From NCBI GenBank assembly GCA_021820485.1, contig JAKADO010000006.1, positions 1,926 to 65,925 on the forward strand: DNA of 64,000 nt, written 5' to 3'. Below the pieces are notes generated by a model that saw only the letters and a program-made list of their open reading frames with translations, made no database searches and was not told where the DNA came from. Shown in pieces: positions 48,087 through 58,262 of this stretch. This DNA comes from Bacillota bacterium (GTDB lineage: Bacteria > Bacillota > Sulfobacillia > Sulfobacillales > Sulfobacillaceae). Positions within the stretch are counted from its first letter, which is position 1. The number at the start of each line of letters is the position of its first letter. The position numbers and the translations under genes were made by a program.

Positions 48087-49139
48087 TTACGTGCGATATC
48101 GCTTATTTTCGTAGAGGCGAGCATCCGCCACTCGATAGCAGGTGTCCCAGTTGTCTCCGTCGACGCCCCATGTCGCCCCGCCGACACTGATGGTGTACGG
48201 AGACTGGCGCCTTACCGCATCCTGCAATCGGTCCATGACTTCGGACGCATCCGCCGTATCGACGCGCAGCACCAACGCAAACTCGTCGCCGCCCCAACGT
48301 GCCACCACATCATCAGTCCGCACCGAGCGCGCCAGGATCTCTCCAATCTCGCGCAAAGCGGCATCCCCGGCGGGATGCCCTTTGGTATCATTGAGCAGCT
48401 TCAACTGGTCCAAATCGGCGATCCCCACCACGAGGAATTGTTGCGAATGGGCCGCGTCACGCACCATGTCCAGCCAGCGATTCTCCAACCCCCGTCGATT
48501 GGGAAGGCCCGTCAAGAGGTCCTGCTGGCTAGCTTCCTCGGCTAAGTGGTGCGCTAAAATCCATTCCAGCGCAACCGACACTTGCGCGGCCGCAGCATCC
48601 AAAATGGCTGACCGCGTGGCAAAAGACGCCGTAGGGGGAGCATCTTCGGTGTGTGCGACAACAATGGCGCCGTTAAGGCGCTCCCGTGACACAAGAGGCC
48701 ACACCCCCAACGTCGAAATCCCCAACGGGCGCCATTGTGATTGAAGATGGGCATCAACCTCCGCAATGGGAATCCAGCCTTCCAGCCACGGCACGTCCAC
48801 TTCCATGGTGGGAACAACGGAATCCACAAGCCCTTGAACTTGGTCCACGACGTTAGCAAATGCGCCCCAGGGCACGTAGATCCGCGGGCGGGACACCGTC
48901 AAGCCTCGCGAAAACGCGCGTTTTCGGTAGATAAAGAAACCCGCATTGACCTGGGCCCATGTCTGCAGTGACTGTGCCGCGCGATGAAACAAATCCAATC
49001 CTCGCCGTGCTCGGGCCCATTCCCGCGTGTCGTGGAAAAACCCACGCAGAACCGTCCCATCTACCAACATGGGGGAGGAAACGCCACCCCCCATCGATCC
49101 GCCAGATTGAGTCCCGTTACTGACCTCATTCCGTTCCAC
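48087..49139 (-). CDS. Diguanylate cyclase (GAF-like N-terminus + GGDEF)
   Basis: DLLTGLPNRR, DLDQLKLLND..GH..GD, RTDDVVARWGGDEF (intact RxxD I-site and A-site); start moved to GTG 49139. Confidence 0.9.
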   Translation of the reverse strand: MERNEVSNGTQSGGSMGGGVSSPMLVDGTVLRGFFHDTREWARARRGLDLFHRAAQSLQTWAQVNAGFFIYRKRAFSRGLTVSRPRIYVPWGAFANVVDQVQGLVDSVVPTMEVDVPWLEGWIPIAEVDAHLQSQWRPLGISTLGVWPLVSRERLNGAIVVAHTEDAPPTASFATRSAILDAAAAQVSVALEWILAHHLAEEASQQDLLTGLPNRRGLENRWLDMVRDAAHSQQFLVVGIADLDQLKLLNDTKGHPAGDAALREIGEILARSVRTDDVVARWGGDEFALVLRVDTADASEVMDRLQDAVRRQSPYTISVGGATWGVDGDNWDTCYRVADARLYENKRYRT

Positions 49140-49410
49140 GGACAGCACCCCCTCTCACCACAATCCAACCCATAGTTACCGGCAGCAAAAGACAGCCGAT
49201 GTCAGTAAGGCCAAATGCGGGGCCGCTCTATCGTCACTTATGAGGATACCACCAGTCGCTGGCACCACCACGCTTTTGGATAGGTTTGAGCCTATTCCCC
49301 GGGTCCGCCCGCTCGGATCCCTGCCGATTTCAGCCCATGGACCGGCGGCAGCGCCACATGTGGGACCGGAATCCTGCTTGCAATGTGGGAGCATCTGCGG
49401 GACGATACTA

Positions 49411-49428
49411 ACTATCATTGCTGATAGT
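49411..49428. promoter_or_regulatory. Palindromic operator candidate in the divergent GGDEF/small membrane gene region
   Basis: ACTATCA-TTGC-TGATAGT, perfect dyad. Confidence 0.35.
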
Positions 49429-49446
49429 AGCTGGGAGGAATTCTGG

Positions 49447-49701
49447 GTGCACAACACCATAACAATGGGCTTTCATAGCGCAATCCTCATCCTCGCCCTA
49501 ATCGTGTACCTAGTGCGGGCGCGAGCCTTGTGGCGGTCGCGCGGGTGGTTTCCTCGTGGACTCTACCTTCTCGGTGGAATCCTTTTGGCCGCGTACACAG
49601 TGCACGTGCAGTCCCTTCTTTTTGCTTTGGGGGCCAGCGCCATATTACTCTCCCGACTGGTTCCAGCGCACGGATGGCGCAAGCAAGCAGGCGAAACGTG
49701 A
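49447..49701 (+). CDS. Small membrane protein (84 aa, about 3 TM)
   Basis: GGGAGG 8 nt before GTG 49447; three hydrophobic segments. Confidence 0.6.
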   Translation: MHNTITMGFHSAILILALIVYLVRARALWRSRGWFPRGLYLLGGILLAAYTVHVQSLLFALGASAILLSRLVPAHGWRKQAGET

Positions 49702-49816
49702 ACGCTTTAGCTGCCCCGGGTGGGCATAGCAACTCTTCCGTCCCCAAATTGTTCTCAGGCGTAAAAGGGATCCGCGGCGTGGGCCACTCCCGCCATGCCC
49801 TTATCCAACGATGCGG

Positions 49817-50932
49817 CTAAACGCGAGTCCACCCTAGAAAATCGGGAACCGGTGAGCGCTGAAGTCCCATCAAGTCCTCTGACATCGACAGCAACGCGTC
49901 ACGATTGGTCCGGTAGAGCACATAGTGTCCGACGGTAATCCGCTCTACCAGTCCTGTGGAATGCAACAAGTTGAGGTGGCGCGATATCGTACTGGGACTC
50001 AGTCGCAACGCGTGGGCCACAGACCCGGTCGTCCCCATTGCCCCAAACAAGTGCCGGACAATCAAAAGGCGCGTGGGTTCACTCAAAATCTGCAACAGCG
50101 GCGCCAGACGATCGGGAGCTGGCACGGGCGCCGCCCACCGACGCACCGAATCGACCTGATACGTGACGGTCACTTCGTTGTCCCGTCCGTCCACCCACAG
50201 ATGCGGCCAGCAAAACACACTGGGTACCAGCACGACTCGTCCGGCCGGTGCGACGGTTAGCTCGTTTCGCCAAGGCACCAACACCTGCAGAGATTGACCA
50301 TCTTTTCCCAGCAAAAACCTGGGCGATACGTCGCGCCACCAGGTCCCCATATCCTCCGCGCCAAGGCGCGATCGTCTGGATTCAACGTCGCGCGTCAGGT
50401 CGCCCTCAATGTGATTCCACACGGTTTCGAATTCCTGTTCCCACAGTTTCTTCATGAGGTCACCTGCGTGATCACGGAGCGCCTCAAGATCATAGCTTCG
50501 ATTGGACCACCATGCTGTTTTCGTCATATAAGCCATGGCTTCCCACTCAGAATTTCTAGCCATGTTCTGATCGTAATGGGTGGTCCAACGCTCATAAATT
50601 CGCTGATATCCGGCCTGAAGCTGGTCGTTCGTGAGACTCATGTAGGACTCCCACTCATGAAGAAATGTAGTCGGCGCATCGTTGGAGGGAGTTGCCGGCG
50701 CGATTGCCGACAGCCATCCCTGGGCAAACGGCGGGAGTTCAAGGAGCGCATCCATAAAGGTCGTGCCTAGGCGTTCCCGGGTCTCCATGGCCCACCGCAG
50801 AAAAATGCCATGGTCACTGGGACGCGACAAAACGTGCAAGGCCCAACTCATCTCTCGCAGCGGCGAATGGTAAAATCTCATGCAAGGTCTTTTTTGAGCC
50901 CGTGCCATTGAACGGGCGAAGTTGATAACCAC
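49817..50932 (-). CDS. ArsR-family winged-helix regulator with an N-terminal DUF5937-like domain
   Basis: RFYHSPLREM..ALHVL N-terminus, LVLVPS-type VVLVPSVFCWP, C-terminal SEPTRL...LSPSTISRHLNLL..TGLV. Confidence 0.8.
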   Translation of the reverse strand: MVINFARSMARAQKRPCMRFYHSPLREMSWALHVLSRPSDHGIFLRWAMETRERLGTTFMDALLELPPFAQGWLSAIAPATPSNDAPTTFLHEWESYMSLTNDQLQAGYQRIYERWTTHYDQNMARNSEWEAMAYMTKTAWWSNRSYDLEALRDHAGDLMKKLWEQEFETVWNHIEGDLTRDVESRRSRLGAEDMGTWWRDVSPRFLLGKDGQSLQVLVPWRNELTVAPAGRVVLVPSVFCWPHLWVDGRDNEVTVTYQVDSVRRWAAPVPAPDRLAPLLQILSEPTRLLIVRHLFGAMGTTGSVAHALRLSPSTISRHLNLLHSTGLVERITVGHYVLYRTNRDALLSMSEDLMGLQRSPVPDFLGWTRV

Positions 50933-51073
50933 GGCCGACTATCCTTTGTCTCAGTTTTCTATTCCGATTAGTGTACCAACATTCCACCTCCGTAGTCCGC
51001 AATTTAGCGCCTAATAGCTCCCAACCGCTCGAAGGCGCCGCAGTCCCCTCCGTCGCCCCAGGGCATAGGCATG

Positions 51074-52270
51074 CTATGCCCGATAGGATTCTTCCTGGCT
51101 CGGCTCGAGCTCCGATCCCGGACGCAACCATTGCCAGATATAGACCACCCCCCCAGCCAGGACCAAAGTCAAGGCGAGACCCGTTTCCCCGGGGTCATGC
51201 GCGGCCACTCCCACCAAGGGGTATGATGCGGCACTCATCGCGTCCCCTGTGCTTCGCAAGAGACCGGTAGCTCGACCGACGTCTTGCGCACCGCTCTGCC
51301 GTTGAATGGCAGCGGTCCAAATAATGCTGTAGAGGTTGACCATGGTTCCCACCAAAACAAGTGCCGCCATCAGCAGCCATGAATTGGAGGCAACCGCGGT
51401 GCCTGCCACGGCTAGAATTCCTATTCCGTATAGGGCTATAAGCGCGGTCTTGCGCTGGGCCAGTTGAGGATACCGATACATGCCCCACTGTCCTACCAAA
51501 TTGCCGAATACCAGGGCCGCATTCTCAATTCCCAACGCGCTCGCACCTCTGCCGTATCGAAGAAGTTCCAGCGGCAGAGCCGCATTGGACAGCACGGACG
51601 GCAATTGGGATAACCCACCAAACACGCTGATAGCGCCAATGCCCGCGGTCATGACGAAGCGCCGCGGAAGCGGCGAGGTCCGTACTGGATTTGGTGCGTT
51701 GTGCACCACTAGCGCAGTCACCACCGCCAAGGTCAGCGCCAACAGCACTGCGATCCAGAACGGGACACGGTAACCAACACCGGCAACAAGCCAACCGCCG
51801 ACTACGCCGCCCCCTATGCCTCCCAATGCGACAGCAATATTGAACGTGGCAAGGCGCTGCACGCGGCGCGTCGGCGAGACTCGCTGGCCCACCAGCGACA
51901 AAATCGAGGTCCAATAAATACCTGCCGACATCCCCTGAAGCAACCGCAGGAACACCATCACCCATGGTCCGAGCAGCAAGCTATATCCCGAAGCCACCAC
52001 AGCCAACAACCCAAAGGACAAGAGGAGTCCGCCTTTGGCCCCCCGGCGGTCGAAGACAGTTCCAGCTAGGAATCCACTCCCTGCTCGACCTAAAGCCCAC
52101 GCGGAATACGCCGCGCCCAGCACAAACGGGGTCGCATCCATTTGCATGATCGCCAGCGGCGTGTCGACCCCCATCATGACGGCGATGAATGCCTGCCCCA
52201 TGCCGATCGCAAGAACACCGGCCATCTTAAATGACGCATCTGGTCGTGGGACGCGCGGCCTGTCAATCAT
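51074..52270 (-). CDS. MFS transporter
   Basis: About 12 TM segments; motif A GTVFDRRGAK, RLLQGMSAG. Confidence 0.85.
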   Translation of the reverse strand: MIDRPRVPRPDASFKMAGVLAIGMGQAFIAVMMGVDTPLAIMQMDATPFVLGAAYSAWALGRAGSGFLAGTVFDRRGAKGGLLLSFGLLAVVASGYSLLLGPWVMVFLRLLQGMSAGIYWTSILSLVGQRVSPTRRVQRLATFNIAVALGGIGGGVVGGWLVAGVGYRVPFWIAVLLALTLAVVTALVVHNAPNPVRTSPLPRRFVMTAGIGAISVFGGLSQLPSVLSNAALPLELLRYGRGASALGIENAALVFGNLVGQWGMYRYPQLAQRKTALIALYGIGILAVAGTAVASNSWLLMAALVLVGTMVNLYSIIWTAAIQRQSGAQDVGRATGLLRSTGDAMSAASYPLVGVAAHDPGETGLALTLVLAGGVVYIWQWLRPGSELEPSQEESYRA

Positions 52271-52427
52271 CTACTCGGACCACAGGCGGCACAACTAACA
52301 TTGCCACGCCGTATCCCGTGGCTCCCAGCCCGCTCTCCTGGCCGTCAAAAGCAAGCCCCGCGATATCAATATGGGCCCAAGGCGACTGACCCGCGAAATG
52401 CCCTGTCGCAACGACCCAATCACTCAT
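52263..52427 (-). pseudogene. Remnant of an M17 leucyl aminopeptidase (PepA-like), 54 aa
   Basis: GGAGG-ATG start MSDWVVATG joined to HFAGQSPWAHIDIAG...GATGYGVAMLV, the M17 C-terminal signature; stop overlaps the MFS start. Confidence 0.75.
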
Positions 52428-52452
52428 CCGCACCGCCTCCACTTGCATGACG

Positions 52453-53163
52453 TTAGGAAATCGCGTCACCCGTGCACACGGCAATCGCTCGCTTAGCCAA
52501 AATGTCGGTGGCATCAATCACGCGGATTTCATGCGCTAGCGACGCTGACACGGTCTGGAAGGCCACCGGCGTTTCGGTGCACGCCAAAACAATCCCATCA
52601 GCCTCAGTTGCCCAATTTTCGGACATCACGTCCAAAAGGCGTTCTCCCCAAGCCGGTTGATTCCCGGTTGACTTCACTCCCTGAATGATGGCCATGATTT
52701 CTTTTTGAGATGTCGGATCTGGATAGATGGCTTCCACTCCCCTCTTTCGAAAGGCAGTATCATAGAGTCCGTACTGGCGTGTGGGCGAGGTAGCAACAAT
52801 GGCAACTCGCCGATAGGAGTGCCGGACAATGTCATCTGCCACCAGCTCAATCAGGTTGAGAACTGGAACGGAAACGTGTGCCGCAATGTTGTCGTAGTAT
52901 GCGTGCGTCGTCGTAGAAGGAATGACAATGACCTCCGCGCCCGCAGCAACGAGTCGCGACGCCGTGCTTGTGAGGGCGCCCAGAGGGGACGGACCACGCC
53001 CCTCAAGGTGCGCAAGACGGCTAGGAATGCGTGACTCCGAAATCAATACCACCGATAGATGTTCCGAATCATCATCAGCCGGAGTTAACTCGATTAGCCG
53101 ACGATAGAAATGGGCCCCTGCCAACGGCCCTAAGCCGGCCAGGATCCCTAACGTTTTGCTCAC
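52453..53163 (-). CDS. Aspartate/glutamate racemase family protein, first catalytic Cys replaced by Ser
   Basis: LGILAGLGP, IPSR, VIPSTTTH (Ser83 where PCNTAH is typical), LACTETP (Cys195). Confidence 0.82.
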   Translation of the reverse strand: MSKTLGILAGLGPLAGAHFYRRLIELTPADDDSEHLSVVLISESRIPSRLAHLEGRGPSPLGALTSTASRLVAAGAEVIVIPSTTTHAYYDNIAAHVSVPVLNLIELVADDIVRHSYRRVAIVATSPTRQYGLYDTAFRKRGVEAIYPDPTSQKEIMAIIQGVKSTGNQPAWGERLLDVMSENWATEADGIVLACTETPVAFQTVSASLAHEIRVIDATDILAKRAIAVCTGDAIS

Positions 53164-53211
53164 GCTGACACCTCCGATGCATTAGTCATGATCGCCCCGA
53201 TCGCGCTCGTC

Positions 53212-54162
53212 TTATCGATATTGGATCCGGGGATCCACCACGGCATATAAAAGGTCGGCCAATAAGTTGCCCAGAATGGTGAGGACTCCAACCATAATGA
53301 CAATCGCCAAGACAATCGGATAATCGCGCTGCTGGGCCGCATTCCAGAACAGCAGACCCATTCCGGGATAGTTGAATATAATCTCGATAATCAACGCGCC
53401 ACTGAACAATCCGGGCAACGACATTCCCACCAGCGTGATTAGCGGGAGCAGGGAGTTCTTGAGCGCATGGCGCACCAAGACGCCCCGTTCGTTCAAGCCC
53501 TTGGCCCGCGCTGTGCGAATGTAGTCTTGAACCAGGGTTTCGGCCATGGTGGAACGCATATACCGCGCCCATCCCGCCACAGAGCCGATGACCAGCACGC
53601 TGACCGGCAGCACCATGTGATTCACATACGATCCGAATGTGGGGCCGAGAAGCGGATTGTACAGCCCTCCGGTGGGAAACCACCTGACGTCAGTCGCGAA
53701 AATCGAGATTAATAGGACCCCTAACCAAAATGTGGGCATCGCATACAGAAAATAGAGGATGCCGGTGAGAATAAAATCCACCGGGCGATCGCGGTGAACG
53801 GCCTGGTAGATTCCGACAACAATGGCGATGACGTGAGAAATGGCGATCGCCGTGACCACTAGAATGAGGGTGCGTGGCAAATTCACAGCGATCAGGCTAG
53901 CCACACTTTGGTGGTACGAATAGGCGTAGCCTAAGTTGCCCTCCAACAGGTGGCCCAGCCAAATGCCATACTGAATCCAGAGCGGCTTGTTCAACCCCAA
54001 CGATTGATTGATTTGAGCGATGAGCGCGGGAGTGGCCTTGTCGCCCAACATCACGACCGCCGGACCTCCGGGAACCACATGGATCAAGAAAAAGCTCAAT
54101 ACGGACAGCAGCAGAAGGGTCGGAACGGCCTGCAGCATCCGAGCCAGCGAATACCTAATCAT
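53212..54162 (-). CDS. dppB: Peptide ABC transporter permease, DppB/OppB-like
   Basis: PGGPA, LGLNKPLWIQY, AMPTFWLG, QDYIRTARAKGL, RDYPIVL. Confidence 0.9.
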   Translation of the reverse strand: MIRYSLARMLQAVPTLLLLSVLSFFLIHVVPGGPAVVMLGDKATPALIAQINQSLGLNKPLWIQYGIWLGHLLEGNLGYAYSYHQSVASLIAVNLPRTLILVVTAIAISHVIAIVVGIYQAVHRDRPVDFILTGILYFLYAMPTFWLGVLLISIFATDVRWFPTGGLYNPLLGPTFGSYVNHMVLPVSVLVIGSVAGWARYMRSTMAETLVQDYIRTARAKGLNERGVLVRHALKNSLLPLITLVGMSLPGLFSGALIIEIIFNYPGMGLLFWNAAQQRDYPIVLAIVIMVGVLTILGNLLADLLYAVVDPRIQYR

Positions 54163-55076
54163 GTCCTAGGCCCCCCTCGAAAAGCAGAATCCAAGCGCGT
54201 GTCGAGAGCAGCGCGAAACGCATCGCCTAGAAAACTTATCGAGAGGATTGTCCACAAGACGGCCAACCCGGGGGGGTACACCAGCCACCAGGCGTGCTGG
54301 GGCACGTACGTCATGGCGTCCGACAACATGGCACCCCAATTGGGAACCGGCGGAGGGAGTCCCATGCCGACGAAGCTCAAGCTAGCGATGACCAAAACCG
54401 CGTCCGCCACCATGAACGTGGTGGCAACGATCACCGTACCGTAAATATTGGGAAGGAGATGCTTAATGGCGATGTGTCCCATGCGGGCCCCCACCGCTCG
54501 GGCGGCTTCCACAAAGAGGCGTTCCTTCAGGGAAAGAACCTCCGCCCGCACTAACCGGCTGACGCCATGCCATGAGGTGAGCGCGATCAACAAGATGAGC
54601 AGACCGGGGGTGGGGGTGACAAAGGAATCCAGAAAGATCAGCAAAAACAGCCCCGGGATGGAACGCAACAAATCCACCACACGCATCATCAAAGCGTCCA
54701 CCCATCCGCCGACAAAACCCGCTACGACACCATACGCGATGCCAATCACCATCGACGAAAGAGCCGCTGCCACCCCCACCTCCAACGATGTTTGCCCGCC
54801 GAGCATCAAACGCGCCAACATGTTGCGTCCTAGATTGTTCGTGCCGAGGGGAAAGTGCGTGGACGGCGGTTTCAAGATCATGGTCAGATGCATCGCATAG
54901 GGGCTCGCCCGGTAGACGAGCGGGCCAATGAAGGCAAAGCCCAACAATACGGCTATGCCAACCAGGCCCATCCACGCCAACGGGTGATGCCAAAAGATGC
55001 GCCTAAATCGAGACTTCGGTTCTGCACCAATCCCCTGCGCATCAAGCTCAATCCGGGTGCTGTCTGACTGTACCAT
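54159..55076 (-). CDS. dppC: Peptide ABC transporter permease, DppC/OppC-like
   Basis: FPLGTNNLGRN, FVEAARAVGA, HLLPN, LSFVGMG.PPP.PNWG; ATGA overlap with dppB. Confidence 0.9.
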   Translation of the reverse strand: MVQSDSTRIELDAQGIGAEPKSRFRRIFWHHPLAWMGLVGIAVLLGFAFIGPLVYRASPYAMHLTMILKPPSTHFPLGTNNLGRNMLARLMLGGQTSLEVGVAAALSSMVIGIAYGVVAGFVGGWVDALMMRVVDLLRSIPGLFLLIFLDSFVTPTPGLLILLIALTSWHGVSRLVRAEVLSLKERLFVEAARAVGARMGHIAIKHLLPNIYGTVIVATTFMVADAVLVIASLSFVGMGLPPPVPNWGAMLSDAMTYVPQHAWWLVYPPGLAVLWTILSISFLGDAFRAALDTRLDSAFRGGPRT

Positions 55077-55109
55077 CTCTCTGCCCCCTGTTTTGTGCTG
55101 GCCCGGTTG

Positions 55110-56852
55110 TTACTTTCCAATCCACCAGTATTGCGGAGAAATGGCATCGGTAAAGGTGTTTTGCGACGACTTCACACCATGAACGTTGGACTGCACCTCA
55201 CCGAGACCTTCCGGGACCGGCATCCACAGGTTCGGCAATTGACGGGCGGCGAAGAGCTGGTACTGGTTCAACGCCGCCTGTGCGGCCGTGGTGGATGGCT
55301 GCGGTGTGTGGGTGGCGGCGATGAGGGTGTCCATCGTCGGGTTGGCGTAGCCGTAGAAGTTATATCCGCCGTTCGTTGCATACATCCCGCCTCCGCTCGG
55401 ATAGCTGCCGCCATAGCTCCAACCAAGTCCGGTTTGAATCTCCCACTTCGTCGGCTGATGATGATATTGCAGCATGGTTGCAAAAGGCACTGGGCTAAGC
55501 GAAACCTTTATCCCCTCTTTGGCCCAGTCTTGTTGCAAAATTTGCACCATGGCCAATGTCGTGCTGCTGCCCGAGTCATACTGCATTGTGAACGACAACT
55601 GCTGGCCCTGACTATTTGTCATAACGCCGTTCACCAAGTGCCAGCCATTCTTCTCCAGCAGTTTAACGCCCGCTTTAATGTTGAAGGGATATAGAGGCTT
55701 CTCCAGTTGAGGCGCGAGGAAAGTCTTGGGATGCAAAGGAACCGGACCGGTTCCTGGCACACCCATGCCATTATAGAGCGCGTTGATGATCGCCTGTTGG
55801 TCGATGCCCATTTGCATCGCTTGGCGAACCGGCAACTGTTTCAAGATGCTGCCGACGGTGGGACTCTTAAAGTTCAAGATGGTGCGGTCAATACTGTAGC
55901 TATACGAGGTGTTGAGTTTGTCGTTGGTCAATTGGCTGCGCACGTTGTACTCAGACAGCGGCAAGTAACCGACCTGCACCGTACCACTCTTTAAACCGTT
56001 CACTTCTGAGGTCTCCGAGGTCTCATAAGCGAGCACGAACTTATTGATGTACGGCTTGTGTCCGTCGTAACTCGAATTGGGCAGGAATGTCCACGACACG
56101 TTTTGAGTGGCCTGCGTGAGACGAAACGGCCCATCAACAACTTTGAAGAAGTTGACGTTGTTCCCGTTGCTGGCCAAATAGCTGAGTTCTTGATTCACGT
56201 TGTTCGGGTATTTGTTCCACGCCTGCTCCGGCAATGGCATGAAGTCGCCCAAGCCATTGTATTCGAACCACACCTGATTGACCGGGCCCGTCAAGGTAAT
56301 CTGAAACTCGTGGGAATTGATGACCTGAAATTGCTTTATCATCTGCGGCACACCGCCGGAACCCGCACCTGCATAGGGCCACGGCGCCGGCGCCGTGGGC
56401 GCACTGGCAGCCTTGATCAAATTCCACGTAAACTGGACATCCTGCGCTGTGACAGGCGTACCATTAGACCAATGCCATTTCGGATTCATCTTGACCGTAT
56501 AGACTGTGCCCGATTTGTTCCACGTGATCGAACTGGCAATGCTGCGGGAAAAGTCAACCGTTCCGTTTGGCGCCACGTGAAAGAGCCCTTTATACATCAA
56601 GCTGGCAGCCCACGCGTCATATAAACTGTTGTAGGCAACGGGCCGCAATGGAAGATACCAATTGATGGCCACCAACGGCCCGAGAGCCTGAATAATGGTC
56701 CCGCCATGAACAGGTTTTGTTGACGCGGTCTTCGCGGTGGCACTGGGGGTTGGAGTAGAGGTTGAGCCACAACCGGCAGCGATTAAGGGTATGAGGCCTG
56801 CCGCGGCGCCCAAAGCCAAGACGCGCGAACGTGAATGACGAAGTTTCGACAT
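55110..56852 (-). CDS. Peptide ABC substrate-binding lipoprotein (family 5), copy 3
   Basis: Lipobox IAAGC; WSNGTPVTAQDV, VDGPF, VRQAMQMGID. Confidence 0.9.
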   Translation of the reverse strand: MSKLRHSRSRVLALGAAAGLIPLIAAGCGSTSTPTPSATAKTASTKPVHGGTIIQALGPLVAINWYLPLRPVAYNSLYDAWAASLMYKGLFHVAPNGTVDFSRSIASSITWNKSGTVYTVKMNPKWHWSNGTPVTAQDVQFTWNLIKAASAPTAPAPWPYAGAGSGGVPQMIKQFQVINSHEFQITLTGPVNQVWFEYNGLGDFMPLPEQAWNKYPNNVNQELSYLASNGNNVNFFKVVDGPFRLTQATQNVSWTFLPNSSYDGHKPYINKFVLAYETSETSEVNGLKSGTVQVGYLPLSEYNVRSQLTNDKLNTSYSYSIDRTILNFKSPTVGSILKQLPVRQAMQMGIDQQAIINALYNGMGVPGTGPVPLHPKTFLAPQLEKPLYPFNIKAGVKLLEKNGWHLVNGVMTNSQGQQLSFTMQYDSGSSTTLAMVQILQQDWAKEGIKVSLSPVPFATMLQYHHQPTKWEIQTGLGWSYGGSYPSGGGMYATNGGYNFYGYANPTMDTLIAATHTPQPSTTAAQAALNQYQLFAARQLPNLWMPVPEGLGEVQSNVHGVKSSQNTFTDAISPQYWWIGK

Positions 56853-56921
56853 GATAATTCCTCCTAGAGTAAACGCATAGAGACATGGCTTAGAATAGGG
56901 AAGGGGCGGTCGCCCGCGGTG

Positions 56922-58262
56922 TTACTTCCTCACGTTGACGCTGACGCCATCAATCAAGAGTGGCACCAATTTACCGGGTGCCGCTTGCATCATCCCCTGA
57001 GGAACCCAGCGGCTGTCACTGCCCACGGCCCTAAGCTGGTGTGACAAGACGTCGAACGCATTGAGGCTCACGACCGCATTCTTGACGCGGCCGACAATCG
57101 CCCCGTCCTCCGCGTAATACAAATCACTGGCGTTGCCAGAGATGTCTCCGCGAAGCGGGTTGGTCGGCCGGCCACCAATCCATCCCTGCAGGATGAGGAC
57201 CCGCGGAAAGCTATTGATAAGGTCGGCCAGGGATAGCGAACCAGGGGCGATCACTAAGTTCGACGGAAGAGATGTCGGCAGGGCATTCAAAGCGGGCCGA
57301 TAACCCATACCCGGAGGCTCAACGGCCAAGCGTCCGGCGGTCTCTCGGTCCAGAACGAAATTCCTCAGGACACCTTGCTCAATTAACGGACGAACCGCTG
57401 TCGGAGTTCCTTCGTCATCGAAAGGTCCCGTGCGCGGCCCGTCGGGTGTCATCGGATCCGACCAGAGCGTGAGCAACGGTGACAAGACCGCTTGATCCTT
57501 ACGGTCCTCCCACGGCGAGTTGCCGGCCATCAATGCGGGTCCGGAAAGCCGTGCCAGAACGGATGTAAAAAGGCTCATGACGATTGGGGCGAGCAGTATC
57601 ACCGGATAGCTTCCGCTCTCGACAGTCAGAATCTTTTCGCCCCATTGAAATCGTTCGGCAAGGGACTTGCCCAGTTCAGCGATGTCCGGCATGGCATCGG
57701 CACGCAACCGCGTTTCATTAAGCCCGTGAAAGTCCGTGCCAGATACGCGGCGACCCCCCGCCGTAATCTCCCAGTACCCCTGTTCCCACGATGCCGAACC
57801 CCCACGGGAGTTGGATAACGCTTTTCGCGTTGCGTGGTAGGCCACGCTGACGGATGGCCGAAAGTCATCAGCGAAGCTCGCCAGACGCTCATAGAGCGTT
57901 TGAGCACCCTCCGTCATATGACGAAGATAACCCGGTTGCCAAGTCGGCCCATGCGTGAAGGACCTCACCGTGTTCAGGTCGGGCTCGTCGAGGCGGGTGT
58001 CCGGCCCGTTCCGTGCAGCCTCATACGCCATACGCTTCAATTCATCCCATCCCTGCGTGCGCGATGTCGAAAACCCTAGCTGCCCTTGGTGCACAATCCG
58101 CAACGCGCGGACTTCCTCCGAACCATGCTGCACCATGGGGGATTGTCCACCTTTGACTTCGACCGACCATACCTCCCGGTGGAGCAAAGCCGCGTCCCCA
58201 ATGTCTTCTCGAGTCCATTTCACCTCGTCGTCGCCGGAGGTCCGTTCCGCAAATGCCTTCAT
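56922..58262 (-). CDS. pmbA: PmbA/TldE family protein
   Basis: GSYPVILLAP, PFDDEGTPT, LIEQGVL, PSNLVIAPG; ATGA overlap with tldD; no HExxxH. Confidence 0.8.
   Translation of the reverse strand: MKAFAERTSGDDEVKWTREDIGDAALLHREVWSVEVKGGQSPMVQHGSEEVRALRIVHQGQLGFSTSRTQGWDELKRMAYEAARNGPDTRLDEPDLNTVRSFTHGPTWQPGYLRHMTEGAQTLYERLASFADDFRPSVSVAYHATRKALSNSRGGSASWEQGYWEITAGGRRVSGTDFHGLNETRLRADAMPDIAELGKSLAERFQWGEKILTVESGSYPVILLAPIVMSLFTSVLARLSGPALMAGNSPWEDRKDQAVLSPLLTLWSDPMTPDGPRTGPFDDEGTPTAVRPLIEQGVLRNFVLDRETAGRLAVEPPGMGYRPALNALPTSLPSNLVIAPGSLSLADLINSFPRVLILQGWIGGRPTNPLRGDISGNASDLYYAEDGAIVGRVKNAVVSLNAFDVLSHQLRAVGSDSRWVPQGMMQAAPGKLVPLLIDGVSVNVRK

Noticed and set aside
49285-49345. Minus-strand GCTGAAATC...GAGCGGGCGGACCCGGGG resembling the start of a c-di-AMP (ydaO) riboswitch before the GGDEF gene
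   Set aside because: The conserved 3' half (CCCGTCAGCTAAC) is absent
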